Origin: Turneriella sp.
Lineage (GTDB): Bacteria > Spirochaetota > Leptospiria > Turneriellales > Turneriellaceae
NCBI GenBank assembly: GCA_965279515.1
Contig: CBDIID010000003.1
Coordinates: forward strand, 1-64,000
Direction: 5' to 3'
Length of the DNA: 64,000 nt
The translations under genes and the position numbers were made by a program. Of this stretch, positions 1 through 10,746 are shown piece after piece. The notes beneath the pieces are model-generated. The model was not told the origin of the DNA. It saw only the letters and a program-made list of their open reading frames with translations, and ran no database searches. Numbering within the stretch: the stretch's first letter is position 1; each line of letters starts with the position of its first letter.

Positions 1-2
1 CC

Positions 3-89
3 AATGTACACTGGGATAGCCGCGCCGACTGGTACGAAGAAGGCCTCACCGCACCGCGAAAAACCGAAGAAGATCTGAAGCGGAAATAG
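3..89 (+). CDS. 3' end of an upstream gene truncated by the window edge (C-terminus resembles GFA-family proteins)
   Basis: Open frame NVHWDSRADWYEEGLTAPRKTEEDLKRK* ending TAG at 87-89; family call is weak. Confidence 0.4.
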   Translation, partial: NVHWDSRADWYEEGLTAPRKTEEDLKRK

Positions 90-137
90 GCGCCGGTATT
101 CGCCTTTACGCGGCGTTTCGGAAATTTTTTTCCCACT

Positions 138-3005
138 ATGCCTGAAATCGCTGCCAATTACAAAGACGAATTCGTTTACCGCCACAATTCACCGATGCGG
201 CACGATACGCCAGCGATGCTCAAGGCGATCGGTGTGTCATCTTTAGAGCAGTTGATCGACGAGACCATACCTGCTCACATACGTCTGAAAACCCCCATGC
301 AGCTGCCCGAGGCGCTGACCGAGGTGGAGCTCCTCAAGCTCACGGCGGATATCGCAGCCAAAAACAAAATCTTCAAAAACTTCCTGGGGCAGGGGTACTA
401 CGGCACCAATACACCACTCGTGGTCTTGCGCAATATCTTTGAAAATCCGGCATGGTACACCGCGTATACGCCCTACCAGGCCGAGATCGCGCAGGGGCGG
501 CTTGAGGCGCTCCTGAACTACCAGACCATGATCATGGACCTGACGGGCATGGAGATCGCCAACGCGAGTTTACTCGACGAGGCTACGGCCGCGGCTGAAG
601 CGATGCATTTGCTGCACTCCGCGGCGAAAAATTCCTCAGCCACGAAATTCTTTGTCTCTGAACTGTGCTTCCCGCAGACGATCGACGTACTGAAAACCCG
701 CACGCAGCCGATCGGTGTCGAGCTCGTGATCGGCGATCACAATACGGTGAAACTCGATAACAGCTTTTTTGGGGCGCTGGTCCAGTACCCGGCGCGCGAC
801 GGGGCGGTGATCGACTATACAAAATTCATGGCGGATGCCCAGGCGGCGGGCGTGCTTGTCGCCGTCGCAGCGGATCTGCTTTCCCTCGCCCTGCTGACGC
901 CTCCCGGAGAATGGGGTGCCGACGTCGTCGTCGGCGCTGCGCAACGCTTCGGCGTGCCGATGGGTTATGGCGGTCCGCATGCGGGTTACTTCGCAACGCG
1001 GGATGAATATAAGCGGCAGATGCCTGGTCGTCTCATCGGTGTCTCTGTCGACAGCCAGGGCAACGCCGCGCTGCGCATGGCGCTACAGACGCGCGAGCAG
1101 CATATCAAGCGCGAAAAAGCGACGTCGAATATCTGCACGGCGCAGGTTCTGCTTTCGATCATGGCGAGTATGTACGGTGTCTACCACGGGCCTGCAGGGC
1201 TTAAAGGCATCGCGGGGCGGGTACATAGCTTGACCCAGACACTGGCACAGGCGTTGGCGAGCGCCGGCTTCAAAATCACCAACGAGCATTATTTCGATAC
1301 GTTGACGGTTGAAGTGCCTGACGCGGCATCACTCCACACTGCCGCCCTGAAAGCCGAAATCAATATCCAGAAGGTCGACGCGAAGCATATCCGCGTGGCG
1401 ATCGATGAGACGCATACGCTTGCGGATATCAACCTGTTGCTACAGGTTTTGACCGTAAAGGGAAGTGCATCCGCAACCGCGAAAGTTGCGCCGCGCGTGC
1501 CCGAAAAGTTAATCCGTAAGAGCGCTTTTATGACGCACCCGGTATTTAACTCTTACCACACCGAGCATGAAATGCTCCGTTATATCAAGTCGCTTGAGGC
1601 GAAAGATCTGTCGCTCTGCCATTCGATGATTGCTTTGGGTTCATGCACGATGAAACTCAACGCGACGGCCGAAATGATTCCCGTCACATACCCGGGCTTC
1701 AGCGCGCTGCATCCTTTTATACCGCGCGACCAGGCGACAGGCTATACACAGATCTTCGACGAGCTGTCAGATTATCTCGCGCGCATCACGGGTTTTGCCG
1801 GAATCAGCCTGCAGCCCAATGCCGGTTCTCAGGGCGAATACGCGGGCCTCATGGTGATCCGCGAATATTTCAAAGCGAAGGGCGAAGCACACCGCAATGT
1901 CGCGCTGATTCCCTCGTCGGCGCACGGCACAAACCCCGCTAGCGCGGCGATGGCCGGCATGAAGGTAGTTGTGACCAAAACTACAGAGCAGGGCTATGTT
2001 GATATCGATGACCTGCGCGCCAAGGCTGAAGAGCATAAAGACGATCTCGCCTGCCTCATGGTGACGTATCCCTCCACATACGGTATCTTTGAAGAGCGGA
2101 TTACCGAAGTCTGCGAGATCATCCATAAGAACGGCGGCCAGGTCTACATGGACGGCGCCAATATGAATGCGCAGGTCGGCCTCACGAGCCCCGCGAATAT
2201 CGGCGCCGACGTCTGCCACCTCAACCTGCACAAGACTTTCTGTATTCCGCATGGCGGCGGTGGTCCGGGTATGGGCCCAATCGGCGTCGCAAAACATTTA
2301 GTGCCATTCTTACCCGGGCATTCCGTTGTCGCCGGCGTGGGTGGTGACAAAGCCATCACGGCGATCAGTGCTGCGCCTTGGGGCAGTGCGTCGATTCTGC
2401 TGATCTCTTATGCCTACATCCGCATGATGGGTACTTCGGGACTCGAAAACGCCACGAAATACGCGATACTCAATGCCAACTATATCAAAGCGCGCCTTGA
2501 AAAACATTACCAGATTCTGTTCAGCGGCAGCAAAGGCCGCTGCGCGCACGAGATGATTCTCGACACGCGTGTGTTCAAGGCCGCGACCGGCGTCGAAGCC
2601 GAAGATATCGCCAAACGCCTGATGGATTTTGGTTTCCATGCGCCGACGATGAGTTTTCCCGTAGCGGGCACGATCATGATAGAGCCCACCGAGAGCGAAG
2701 CCAAGGTGGAGCTCGACCGTTTCTGCGAAGCCATGCTTGCCATACGCAATGAAATTGCCGCGATTGAAAATGGCAATGCCGATAAGGTGGATAATCCGCT
2801 CAAAAACGCGCCGCACAGCGCGGGCGTGGTGACGGCCGATGAGTGGAAGCATTCGTACAGCCGCTCGCAAGCGGCTTATCCATTACCGTTCGTACGCACG
2901 CAAAAGTTCTGGCCGGCGGTGGGCCGCGTCGACAACACGCACGGCGACCGCAACTTGGTCTGCGCCTGCCTGCCGATCGAGGCCTACGCCGAGAAAGCGA
3001 GTTGA
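138..3005 (+). CDS. gcvP: Glycine dehydrogenase (decarboxylating), glycine cleavage P protein
   Basis: 955 aa; [34 protein letters not shown] site [27 protein letters not shown] end. Confidence 0.98.
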   Translation: MPEIAANYKDEFVYRHNSPMRHDTPAMLKAIGVSSLEQLIDETIPAHIRLKTPMQLPEALTEVELLKLTADIAAKNKIFKNFLGQGYYGTNTPLVVLRNIFENPAWYTAYTPYQAEIAQGRLEALLNYQTMIMDLTGMEIANASLLDEATAAAEAMHLLHSAAKNSSATKFFVSELCFPQTIDVLKTRTQPIGVELVIGDHNTVKLDNSFFGALVQYPARDGAVIDYTKFMADAQAAGVLVAVAADLLSLALLTPPGEWGADVVVGAAQRFGVPMGYGGPHAGYFATRDEYKRQMPGRLIGVSVDSQGNAALRMALQTREQHIKREKATSNICTAQVLLSIMASMYGVYHGPAGLKGIAGRVHSLTQTLAQALASAGFKITNEHYFDTLTVEVPDAASLHTAALKAEINIQKVDAKHIRVAIDETHTLADINLLLQVLTVKGSASATAKVAPRVPEKLIRKSAFMTHPVFNSYHTEHEMLRYIKSLEAKDLSLCHSMIALGSCTMKLNATAEMIPVTYPGFSALHPFIPRDQATGYTQIFDELSDYLARITGFAGISLQPNAGSQGEYAGLMVIREYFKAKGEAHRNVALIPSSAHGTNPASAAMAGMKVVVTKTTEQGYVDIDDLRAKAEEHKDDLACLMVTYPSTYGIFEERITEVCEIIHKNGGQVYMDGANMNAQVGLTSPANIGADVCHLNLHKTFCIPHGGGGPGMGPIGVAKHLVPFLPGHSVVAGVGGDKAITAISAAPWGSASILLISYAYIRMMGTSGLENATKYAILNANYIKARLEKHYQILFSGSKGRCAHEMILDTRVFKAATGVEAEDIAKRLMDFGFHAPTMSFPVAGTIMIEPTESEAKVELDRFCEAMLAIRNEIAAIENGNADKVDNPLKNAPHSAGVVTADEWKHSYSRSQAAYPLPFVRTQKFWPAVGRVDNTHGDRNLVCACLPIEAYAEKAS

Positions 3006-3011
3006 GTAAAG

Positions 3012-3737
3012 TTACTGTTCGACGCAGTAGAGATTATCCAGCGTATCGCAGGTGTCGTTGATTCCGCTGGTGATGGATTGTGCGTCGTTTAAACTGCTGG
3101 TGCCATAACCCCCGCTATTGGCATTGGAACCGTTTCCCCAATTCACACAGTGCTGGCCATTGCTGGTCCAATTGGTGGCAAGACCGGTCCACGCATTGTA
3201 GGCAATTGTCGTATTGATGGCATTGGTCTGGCTGCCGAAGACGAATACGCTGTTAGCATCCGTAATCATAATTGCCGTTATTTTATCAGGTCTGTAATAG
3301 CTGGTATTGGCACGCAATATCCAATCGACGCGACCGGCGGTTCCCCCTGCGCAATTGGGGTTTGTGCAGGCGACTCTGTTCGTTCCGTCTACAAGCAGAG
3401 CTTTCCAGGTGCGTGTGGTGTCGGGCCTTGAGGGATCATTCTGGCAGATAAAATCTGCCTTTTGCGTTCCGTTCGAGCCTATGCCGCAGGCGGCGCTGCC
3501 GCCCCCCGTGCCACCGCAACTGCCATTACCCGACATATCTCCATGTGTGGTGCCACTGACGAAAATGCGGCAGCTGGTGCATGGCTGGTAAGGCAAACCT
3601 GTTGGGACATTTTGGGCCGAATCTGTATTACATCCCGGGCAGCTCAGTTTATCATGGAGATTGTAATTGTGGCAACATAGGCCCGCAAAGGCGCCGAATA
3701 AGGCCAAAAGGGCTGTAATCATGCGCATATTCGACAT
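3012..3737 (-). CDS. DUF1554 (Leptospira Len/endostatin-like) domain lipoprotein
   Basis: Signal ending AGL-CC; WKALLVDG, DWILRANTSYYR, WTGL, C-x-NW, terminal LYCVEQ typical of DUF1554. Confidence 0.8.
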   Translation of the reverse strand: MSNMRMITALLALFGAFAGLCCHNYNLHDKLSCPGCNTDSAQNVPTGLPYQPCTSCRIFVSGTTHGDMSGNGSCGGTGGGSAACGIGSNGTQKADFICQNDPSRPDTTRTWKALLVDGTNRVACTNPNCAGGTAGRVDWILRANTSYYRPDKITAIMITDANSVFVFGSQTNAINTTIAYNAWTGLATNWTSNGQHCVNWGNGSNANSGGYGTSSLNDAQSITSGINDTCDTLDNLYCVEQ

Positions 3738-3824
3738 CCATACCGATACGCGTGACGCGGGTTTTGGGTGCCAATAATATCTTAAAGAAGTTCTGAAAAA
3801 GACAAAATTAGGAGCGCTTGCGAC

Positions 3825-4826
3825 TTAAGCAAAAACCATCGCCTTCATCTCTTCGTAAGTCGTTTCGGGCGATGACTCGGCGAAAGCCACTGCGTCCTCG
3901 ACCTGGGCGGCAATTTTGCCGTCGAGCGCTGCTATTTCATCCGTGGTAAATCCGACTTTAAGTAATCTTTCGCGTGTCGTATCGAGCGGATCTTTCTCTT
4001 TCATCTCTTCGAGTTCGCCTGCGGGCCGGTATTTTGCCGGGTCTGACATCGAATGCCCGCGGAAACGGTAGGTGATCATTTCAATCAGTGTCGGCCCCTG
4101 GCCCGAGCGCGCGCGCACGACGGCCTTCTTAACCGTGTCGTAGACAACTTCAACGTCGAGCGCATCGATGCGTTCGGATGCCATGTTGAATGCTTTGGCC
4201 TTCGCCGTCAGGTCGCGCGTCGGCTGTGAGCGGTAGAGGGGAGTTCCCATCGCATAGAGATTGTTTTCGATGATGAAGACGGCCGGCAGGTTCCAGAGCG
4301 AGGCATAGGTTAGACCTTCGAAAAATCCGCCGATGTTCGTGCCGCCTTCGCCGACAAAGCAGAGCGTGACACCGTGGTCGCCGCGGTATTTCGAGGCGAA
4401 GGCATGGCCGCTCGCGACCGCGACGTGGCCGCCGACGATGCCATGGCCGCCCATGAAGTTGAGCTCACGCGAAAACAAATGCATCGAGCCGCCGAGCCCC
4501 TTACTGCATCCGGTGGCTTTGCCGAAGAGTTCGGCCATGACCTGGCGCGGAGTGATACCGCGGGCGAGGGCGTGGCCGTGTTCGCGGTAGGTGCAGATGA
4601 CATAGTCCTGCGCTTCGAGATTCTCGATGGCGCCGACCGCGACGGGTTCTTCGCCGATATAGAGATGGCAGAAGCCGCGGATCTTGCCCGAGGCATAGGC
4701 TTTCGCCGTGGCTTCTTCGAAGCGGCGGATGAGCAGCATCTTTTCATACATGCCGAAGAGGCGCTTTGACTTGCCGTCCATGGGTGCTCGTAGACGCTGC
4801 TTTGGCCTCGTCAAGTTTAATGACAA
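3825..4826 (-). CDS. pdhA: Pyruvate dehydrogenase E1 alpha subunit (start may be ATG at 4781)
   Basis: GFCHLYIGEE, GGSMH, ENNLYAMGT, TYRFRGHSMSDP. Confidence 0.95.
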   Translation of the reverse strand: MSLNLTRPKQRLRAPMDGKSKRLFGMYEKMLLIRRFEEATAKAYASGKIRGFCHLYIGEEPVAVGAIENLEAQDYVICTYREHGHALARGITPRQVMAELFGKATGCSKGLGGSMHLFSRELNFMGGHGIVGGHVAVASGHAFASKYRGDHGVTLCFVGEGGTNIGGFFEGLTYASLWNLPAVFIIENNLYAMGTPLYRSQPTRDLTAKAKAFNMASERIDALDVEVVYDTVKKAVVRARSGQGPTLIEMITYRFRGHSMSDPAKYRPAGELEEMKEKDPLDTTRERLLKVGFTTDEIAALDGKIAAQVEDAVAFAESSPETTYEEMKAMVFA

Positions 4827-4868
4827 TAAACCGCTATGCGACGCAGCTGCGATTTTCCGTCTGGTGCG

Positions 4869-5018
4869 GTGCGTGAATTTTTATTTGGTGCACTGATTTG
4901 TTTGATTCTGACCTGTGCCCCGGCGCGCGAAATGGAAGAAATATCTGATCTTCTGCCGACCGATGGTCTTTGGGAAACGGAGTCGGCGGAATCCGCTTCT
5001 GTTATGCATTCGTACTGA
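4869..5018 (+). CDS. Possible small lipoprotein (49 aa)
   Basis: GTG start, hydrophobic LFGALICLILT-C then acidic tail; fills the pdhA-epimerase gap. Confidence 0.35.
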   Translation: MREFLFGALICLILTCAPAREMEEISDLLPTDGLWETESAESASVMHSY

Positions 5019-5063
5019 ACCCGCCAAGAGATTTCCAGCCTGTCCCAAATTGTAAACTCAACC

Positions 5064-6029
5064 ATGCAAGTGCACGCACTCATCACCGGCGGCGCCGGAT
5101 TTCTGGGTAGCCACCTGACGCGGGCGCTCCTGGCGCGCGGCGATAAAGTCACCGTCTGGGATAATTTGCATACGGGTCGCGAGAAAAATCTCGCCGCGAT
5201 CCGCGGTGAAATTGATTTTCATAATGTGGATATCCGGCATACCACGCCCGAAAAATTCCCGGCTTCAAGGTTTGGTGCCTTCGACGTCATCTTTAATCTC
5301 GCATGCCCCGCGTCGCCGCCGCATTACCAAAAGGACCCGGTCTATACCTGGGAAACTTCGGTCTATGGCATTCACAACATGCTGCGCATCGCCGAGGCGC
5401 AGGGCGCCCGGCTGTTGCATGCCTCGACCTCGGAAGTGTATGGTGACCCCCATGTGCATCCGCAGCCCGAGAGTTACTGGGGTAACGTCAATACCGTGGG
5501 CATCCGCAGTTGTTATGACGAGGGCAAACGCGCTGCAGAGTCGATCTGTGCCGATTATGCGCGCTTTAAAGGCGTGGATGCCCGCCTGTTCCGCATCTTC
5601 AACACCTATGGGGAGTTCATGCACCCGGACGATGGCCGCGTCATTTCGAACTTCTGCGTGGCGGCTCTCCGAAACGAAGCGGTGCCTGTCTATGGCGACG
5701 GCACGCAGACCCGGTCGTTCTGCTATGCCTCTGACCTGATCCGCGGTATCATTGCCCTCGCGGATCTACCCCGCGAAAAATACGACGGCCCTATCAACCT
5801 CGGCAATCCCAAAGAGTTCACGATCTCAGAACTTGTGGGGGTACTGGAAAAGATTACCGGCAAAAAACTCAGCGTACAGCATCATCCTTTGCCGGCAGAC
5901 GACCCGAAGGTGCGGCGCCCTGTCATTGAACGCGCACAAAAAATTCTCGGCTGGCAGCCTCAGGTTGAACTAGAAGAGGGCATAAAAAAGGCGCTGGCTT
6001 ATTTCGCCGCAGAGATTAAGGCCCCATGA
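5064..6029 (+). CDS. UDP-glucuronate decarboxylase (UDP-xylose synthase-like) NAD-dependent epimerase/dehydratase
   Basis: TGGAGFLG, LACPASPPHYQ, STSEVYGD, YWGNVN...CYDEGKR. Confidence 0.92.
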   Translation: MQVHALITGGAGFLGSHLTRALLARGDKVTVWDNLHTGREKNLAAIRGEIDFHNVDIRHTTPEKFPASRFGAFDVIFNLACPASPPHYQKDPVYTWETSVYGIHNMLRIAEAQGARLLHASTSEVYGDPHVHPQPESYWGNVNTVGIRSCYDEGKRAAESICADYARFKGVDARLFRIFNTYGEFMHPDDGRVISNFCVAALRNEAVPVYGDGTQTRSFCYASDLIRGIIALADLPREKYDGPINLGNPKEFTISELVGVLEKITGKKLSVQHHPLPADDPKVRRPVIERAQKILGWQPQVELEEGIKKALAYFAAEIKAP

Positions 6030-6493
6030 AGCTACCCTGGGACGAATATTCTGTCATCGTCGAAACTGTGGTGCGCTGGCGTGATCTCGATTCCTATAAC
6101 CACATCAATAACAGCGTGTACCTGAATTATTTCGAAGAAGGACGCATAGCTTACCTCTACAAAATTGCCGAACTGGCAGGTATAAAGCCTGACATGGCGA
6201 ATAAATTCGAGGGTTTTTCCAGCACGCTTGCTAAGACCGAGGTCGAATATAAAGGGCAGGGCTTTCTGCACGAGACGCTGGTGATCGCGACGCGCTATAC
6301 GGCTGTGCGCAAAATTTTCATGGAAGCCGAATACGGCATCTGGGTGAAAGACGATCAGCGCCTTCTGGCCCGGGGAAAATCCGTCCAGGTCGCCATCGGC
6401 GGCAGTGGTGCGAATTTCAAACCGACCCGCGTCAGTGAAAAATTTATTGAATACGCGCGTCAGCTCGAGGGCGATCGGCTGGTCGTCGTTTAG
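6026..6493 (+). CDS. Acyl-CoA thioesterase (4HBT/YbgC family)
   Basis: VRWRDLDSYNHINNSVYLNYFEEGR; ATGA overlap with upstream gene. Confidence 0.9.
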   Translation: MKLPWDEYSVIVETVVRWRDLDSYNHINNSVYLNYFEEGRIAYLYKIAELAGIKPDMANKFEGFSSTLAKTEVEYKGQGFLHETLVIATRYTAVRKIFMEAEYGIWVKDDQRLLARGKSVQVAIGGSGANFKPTRVSEKFIEYARQLEGDRLVVV

Positions 6494-6494
6494 C

Positions 6495-7136
6495 GTGAAG
6501 AATCTCCGCGAATTTTTCCGTACGCTTTACCCCAGGCGTGCCACAGCCGCGGGCCCCAAACCTGCGATCGTGATTCTGATATCGAGCCGCGGCAGCAATA
6601 TGCGCGCGGTACTGACCGCGATCGCTGAAGGCAAGCTGCATGCCGACTGCAGACTGGTGCTCAGCGATCGCGAGGCCGCGGGGCTCGAGGTCGCGCAGAA
6701 AATGGGCATCCCCACCGAACTTTTTCCCAAATCGAAGACGGAATCGCGCGAAGAATTTGACGCACGTCTCGCCCGCCGCCTGAAGCAAGAGAACCCTGAA
6801 CTCGTCGTCTGCGCCGGCTATCTGAAGATTATCACGAAGCCCTTGCTTGCAGCTTTTCCCCGGCGCATTCTCAATATCCATCCCTCTCTGTTACCCGCTT
6901 TTCCCGGGCTCAAGGCGCAAAAACAGGCGCTCGACTATGGCGTGAAGGTTACGGGCTGTACGATTCACGTCGTCGATGCCGGTGTCGATACCGGTAAAAT
7001 TCTCGCACAGGCTGTTGTTGGCGTGCAAAAGGGCGATACCGAAGAAACCCTCAGCCGGCGTATTCTCGCGGCCGAGCATCACCTTTACTGGCGGGTGATT
7101 GGCCGTTATTTGAAAAAACTTATTTCCGCTTCTTAG
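6495..7136 (+). CDS. purN: Phosphoribosylglycinamide formyltransferase
   Basis: LISSRGSN, NIHPSLLPAFPG, GCTIHVVDAGVDTG, AEHHLY; GTG start chosen just after the upstream stop. Confidence 0.95.
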   Translation: MKNLREFFRTLYPRRATAAGPKPAIVILISSRGSNMRAVLTAIAEGKLHADCRLVLSDREAAGLEVAQKMGIPTELFPKSKTESREEFDARLARRLKQENPELVVCAGYLKIITKPLLAAFPRRILNIHPSLLPAFPGLKAQKQALDYGVKVTGCTIHVVDAGVDTGKILAQAVVGVQKGDTEETLSRRILAAEHHLYWRVIGRYLKKLISAS

Positions 7137-7965
7137 CGGGCGCGGCGCGTTTCGGCTTTTTCGCGGCTTTTACGGGTTTAGATTTTTTTTTTGCGGTTTC
7201 GCTCGCAATAGGATTTCCCTTGTCATCCTTGCGGATCACCGGTTTGGGATCTTTGGATTCTTCGCCGCTGATGAGTTCGGTGATACATTCAATGCCCGCT
7301 GGCCCCATGAACAGGTTGCAGTGCCCGATCTGCGCCAGCTTGACGTCGTCGAAACGGCCGGGTATGTTCAGGTAGTTTGCAAACAGCACCTCGTCGAATT
7401 GTGCAAAAACTGCCTGGACGCTTGAAAGTGTACGGTATTTTGCCTGTGTCTCACGCATAAACGGCGAGAATGGGTTCATTTGCCAGCTGGCAAATGTGAA
7501 GGGCAGAAGGATTGCCAGGGGGTGCCCCCGGAACGGTGTACCCAGGGTAAATATCTTGCGTGTGCGGTCGCGGCCTCGGTAGCCCATGTGCGCGGCGACG
7601 AGCCCGCCCATCGAATGGCATACCAGGTAGCAGTCTGAAAGATTATTTTCTTCGAGAAAACGCTGCAGCTTTTCGCTGTATGACCTGAGATTACCGAACT
7701 GGAACCCCAACCGGGCGACATAGACGGGATGCCCCGCAGCGGCCAAAGCGGTGCGCGCCTTGCCCCAGGTGAGCGGCGAGCCGAAAAAGCCCGAAACCAG
7801 AACCACGGCGCGCTTGTCGCCTTCGGGAATATCACCGGGCCGGATCAATAGGCCGGGAATATAAAGCAACAGGTACTTCAGGGCATAGAGGATTTCGAAC
7901 AAAATCTGGACGAAAACATTGCGGTGAGGGGATTTCTCGGGTAGGAAGGTCAGATGGTCTGCCAT
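7120..7965 (-). CDS. Alpha/beta hydrolase (lipase/esterase-like)
   Basis: Nucleophile elbow CHSMGG, TLGTPFRG, D and GH triad candidates; Lys-rich tail. Confidence 0.8.
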   Translation of the reverse strand: MADHLTFLPEKSPHRNVFVQILFEILYALKYLLLYIPGLLIRPGDIPEGDKRAVVLVSGFFGSPLTWGKARTALAAAGHPVYVARLGFQFGNLRSYSEKLQRFLEENNLSDCYLVCHSMGGLVAAHMGYRGRDRTRKIFTLGTPFRGHPLAILLPFTFASWQMNPFSPFMRETQAKYRTLSSVQAVFAQFDEVLFANYLNIPGRFDDVKLAQIGHCNLFMGPAGIECITELISGEESKDPKPVIRKDDKGNPIASETAKKKSKPVKAAKKPKRAAPAKKRK

Positions 7966-8055
7966 TAGGAGACTGACGATAGAACGCCGACGCCCGGTCA
8001 ATTAAAGGGCCGGGGCTTTGATTGACGGCGTGTCTTTCCGACAATAAAAAGAGTT

Positions 8056-9816
8056 ATGGCAGACGGCGCGAAAGGTAAAGCAGAGGCAAAAACGAAGGAG
8101 AAAAACGGCTCCGAAGTCATGCTCGACGTGCTCGCGAAGAATGGCGTCGAGATGTGCTGGGGTTATCCCGGCGGCGCGATTCTGCCTTTTTACGACGTAC
8201 TGCACGGCTCGAAGATGAAACATTATCTCGTGCGCCATGAGCAGGGCGCCGTGCATGCGGCCGAAGGTTTTGCCAAGGCCACGGGCAAGCTGGGCATGTG
8301 TATCGCCACCTCAGGCCCCGGCGCGACCAACCTCATCACGGGCATCACCGACGCAAAAATGGACAGCGTGCCGATTCTCGCTCTCACGGGCCAGGTCTCA
8401 ACCGCAGTCATTGGCAGCGATGCCTTCCAGGAATGCGACACTTATGGTATGTCGATTCCGATTACGAAATACAATGCGCTCGTGCGCCATGCCGATGATG
8501 TGGCGCGCGTCACGCAAGAGGCGATCACCGTCGCCCAGGCGCTGCGTCCCGGGCCGGCGCTCATTGATTTTCCCAAAGATGTCCAGACGGGCATGACGAA
8601 AATTACGAAGCCGCTGATGCGTATTCCCGAACGCCATTATACGAAGCCAAAGATTAAGGGGGATTTCGACCGCCTGATCGCCGCCCTGCAAAAGGCGCAG
8701 CGGCCGCTGTTGTATGTTGGCGGGGGCGCCGTAACCGGCAATGCCTTTAAGCAGGTGCGTGAGCTCGCAGAAAAGGCGGATATCCCCGTATTCATGACCC
8801 TCATGGGTTTGGGCGCATTTCCCGCAGAGCACAAGCTTTCGCTCGGCATGGTTGGCATGCACGGCACCGCGTACGCGGCAAAGGCCGTCGAAGAAGCCGA
8901 TTTTATTTTTGCCTTAGGCGCGCGTTTTGATGACCGCGTGGCGCTCAATGCACAGGATTTTGGCCGCCGCGCCGTGAAGGCGATGATCGATATCGACGAA
9001 GCCGAGATCAATAAGCGCATTCAGGTGGATGTTCACATCGTCGGCGACCTCAAAGACGTACTCACCGAGCTCAATAAACGGGTCAAAAAAACAACCCGCC
9101 GCACATGGGTCGACCGTATTACGAAACTCAAAGAAGAAAACCCTCTGCGCTTCAATACTGAACCCGGCTCTATCAAACCCCAGCAGACAATCTATGAGCT
9201 TTGGAAAAAGACAAAAGGGCAGGCCGTCATTGCTACCGACGTTGGACAGCACCAGATGTGGGCCGCGCAGTATTATACCTTCAACGAACCGCGCAACTGG
9301 ATTACCTCGGGTGGTCTAGGCACCATGGGCTTTGGTTTTCCCGCAGCGATCGGCGCCAAGCTCGGTCGCCCCGACAAAGATGTGTTTGTGATTTCGGGCG
9401 ACGGCAGTTTCCAGATGTGCATGCAGGAACTCGCGACGATTGCCATGTACCAGATCCCGGTGAAAATATTGCTGTTTAACAATGGCTTTTTGGGCATGGT
9501 GCGGCAGTGGCAAGAACTGTTCTACCAGAACCGCTTCTCTGAGTCAGTGATGAACTACAACCCGGATTTCGTGAAGATTTGTTCGGGTTATGATATCCCC
9601 GCGAAACGCATCGATAAACAATCCGAACTGAACGCCGGTCTCGATTTCCTGGTGAACAGTAAAACATCGGCTTTGCTCGAAGTCACAATCCCCGAAGCCG
9701 AAAAAGTCTATCCGATGATTGCGTCAGGTGCGCGGTACGATCAACTGGTAGATTTCAGCGCGAAGGCGGACAAGGGTACCGAGATGAAGGTGCGCATGAA
9801 CGCGGCGAAGAAGTAG
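8056..9816 (+). CDS. ilvB: Acetolactate synthase large subunit
   Basis: GYPGGAIL, RHEQGA, TSGPGATN, DVGQHQMW, GDGSFQM, GMVRQWQ. Confidence 0.97.
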   Translation: MADGAKGKAEAKTKEKNGSEVMLDVLAKNGVEMCWGYPGGAILPFYDVLHGSKMKHYLVRHEQGAVHAAEGFAKATGKLGMCIATSGPGATNLITGITDAKMDSVPILALTGQVSTAVIGSDAFQECDTYGMSIPITKYNALVRHADDVARVTQEAITVAQALRPGPALIDFPKDVQTGMTKITKPLMRIPERHYTKPKIKGDFDRLIAALQKAQRPLLYVGGGAVTGNAFKQVRELAEKADIPVFMTLMGLGAFPAEHKLSLGMVGMHGTAYAAKAVEEADFIFALGARFDDRVALNAQDFGRRAVKAMIDIDEAEINKRIQVDVHIVGDLKDVLTELNKRVKKTTRRTWVDRITKLKEENPLRFNTEPGSIKPQQTIYELWKKTKGQAVIATDVGQHQMWAAQYYTFNEPRNWITSGGLGTMGFGFPAAIGAKLGRPDKDVFVISGDGSFQMCMQELATIAMYQIPVKILLFNNGFLGMVRQWQELFYQNRFSESVMNYNPDFVKICSGYDIPAKRIDKQSELNAGLDFLVNSKTSALLEVTIPEAEKVYPMIASGARYDQLVDFSAKADKGTEMKVRMNAAKK

Positions 9817-9883
9817 GCGCAAGCCTCACCGCTTACCGACCTCCTTCAGACGGAAGATTGACCAGGTCTCCTTAATTAATGGC

Positions 9884-9908
9884 AAGGGCCACCTAGAGCG
9901 GCCCTTTT
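9884..9908. terminator. Intrinsic terminator between convergent genes
   Basis: AAGGGCC-9nt-GGCCCTT followed by TT. Confidence 0.6.
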
Positions 9909-9929
9909 AGTTACAGCATTGAGGATTTC

Positions 9930-10475
9930 TTAGAAACGGAAATCCACACCGACTTCGAGAACGGAGATTCCGTATCCCACTTTGCCGCGTAAGGCAATGT
10001 TCTCACTTACATAATAACGAGCGATACCAAAGACACCGATGGCGATACCGCTTGAACTTGCAGCCGCATAACTGGCCCCGGAGACATTGGATTCCGCGGA
10101 GGAGCTTACAATGTAATATCCCAGAGCGACGCCCGCGCCTAAATCCCATTTTGAGGATACATGGAAATGATATGCACCGGTTGCGGCAATGGGAATAACC
10201 GTGTACTTATACTTCACATTGTAACCGGAGGAGCTGGTTTCATCCGTGTAACTCCAATAACCTGCGGATACGCCGAGCCCGATGTGATCGGTGATTGCGT
10301 ATTCTAAATTGCCGATCAAAGTAATGCCGCCCAAAGGACCGAAGCCCGAACTTAAGCCGGCAGCGGGCCCGATCATCAATGAGCCCTTGTGAAAAGCGCT
10401 TCCCGCGGCACTGACAGAGACTGTCGCGGCAAGAAGCGATATGGTAAATATTGATATCTTGATTCTTTTAAACAT
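9930..10475 (-). CDS. Small outer-membrane beta-barrel protein (1 of 3)
   Basis: AGGAGA SD, signal MFKRIKISIFTISLLAATVSVSA, amphipathic Gly/Tyr strands, terminal VGVDFRF. Confidence 0.8.
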   Translation of the reverse strand: MFKRIKISIFTISLLAATVSVSAAGSAFHKGSLMIGPAAGLSSGFGPLGGITLIGNLEYAITDHIGLGVSAGYWSYTDETSSSGYNVKYKYTVIPIAATGAYHFHVSSKWDLGAGVALGYYIVSSSAESNVSGASYAAASSSGIAIGVFGIARYYVSENIALRGKVGYGISVLEVGVDFRF

Positions 10476-10700
10476 AGGTTCTCCTGAGATAAAAATCTGT
10501 TGCGTCACGTCGCGAATGTTACTTCATGCGCATAGTGTTTCCGCGTTACAAATCCTGATGCACACATTGCGTTCGCCTGCTTTTGTTCTTTGCTGTACTT
10601 TGAAAAACTGGATGCGCCCGCACGGGACCCGCAGAAGATAGTATTTAGCTAAAGGCTATGGAACGAACTCGGGCAAGAGCTTAGCCTGCAATCTGCCTTG

Positions 10701-10736
10701 AAAATAACTCCGGTGCGCCGTTGTCGCGTACCGGAG
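10701..10736 (-). terminator. Probable intrinsic terminator after the 11358 gene
   Basis: Minus strand CTCCGGTACGC...GCGCACCGGAG-TTATTTT. Confidence 0.6.
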
Positions 10737-10746
10737 AAGTTGGCTA

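Noticed and set aside
6405..6494. Extended N-termini in the ORF track (purN 6405, HEAT 17583, fliR 47338, M23 60987, Ig protein 34941)
   Set aside because: They overlap neighbouring genes or precede the SD and signal peptide; downstream starts fit better
5064..7136. UDP-GlcA decarboxylase plus formyltransferase as a split ArnA (L-Ara4N pathway)
   Set aside because: The formyltransferase has canonical PurN motifs, the decarboxylase is UXS-like, no arnT/C/D is nearby and the DegT gene is over 50 kb away
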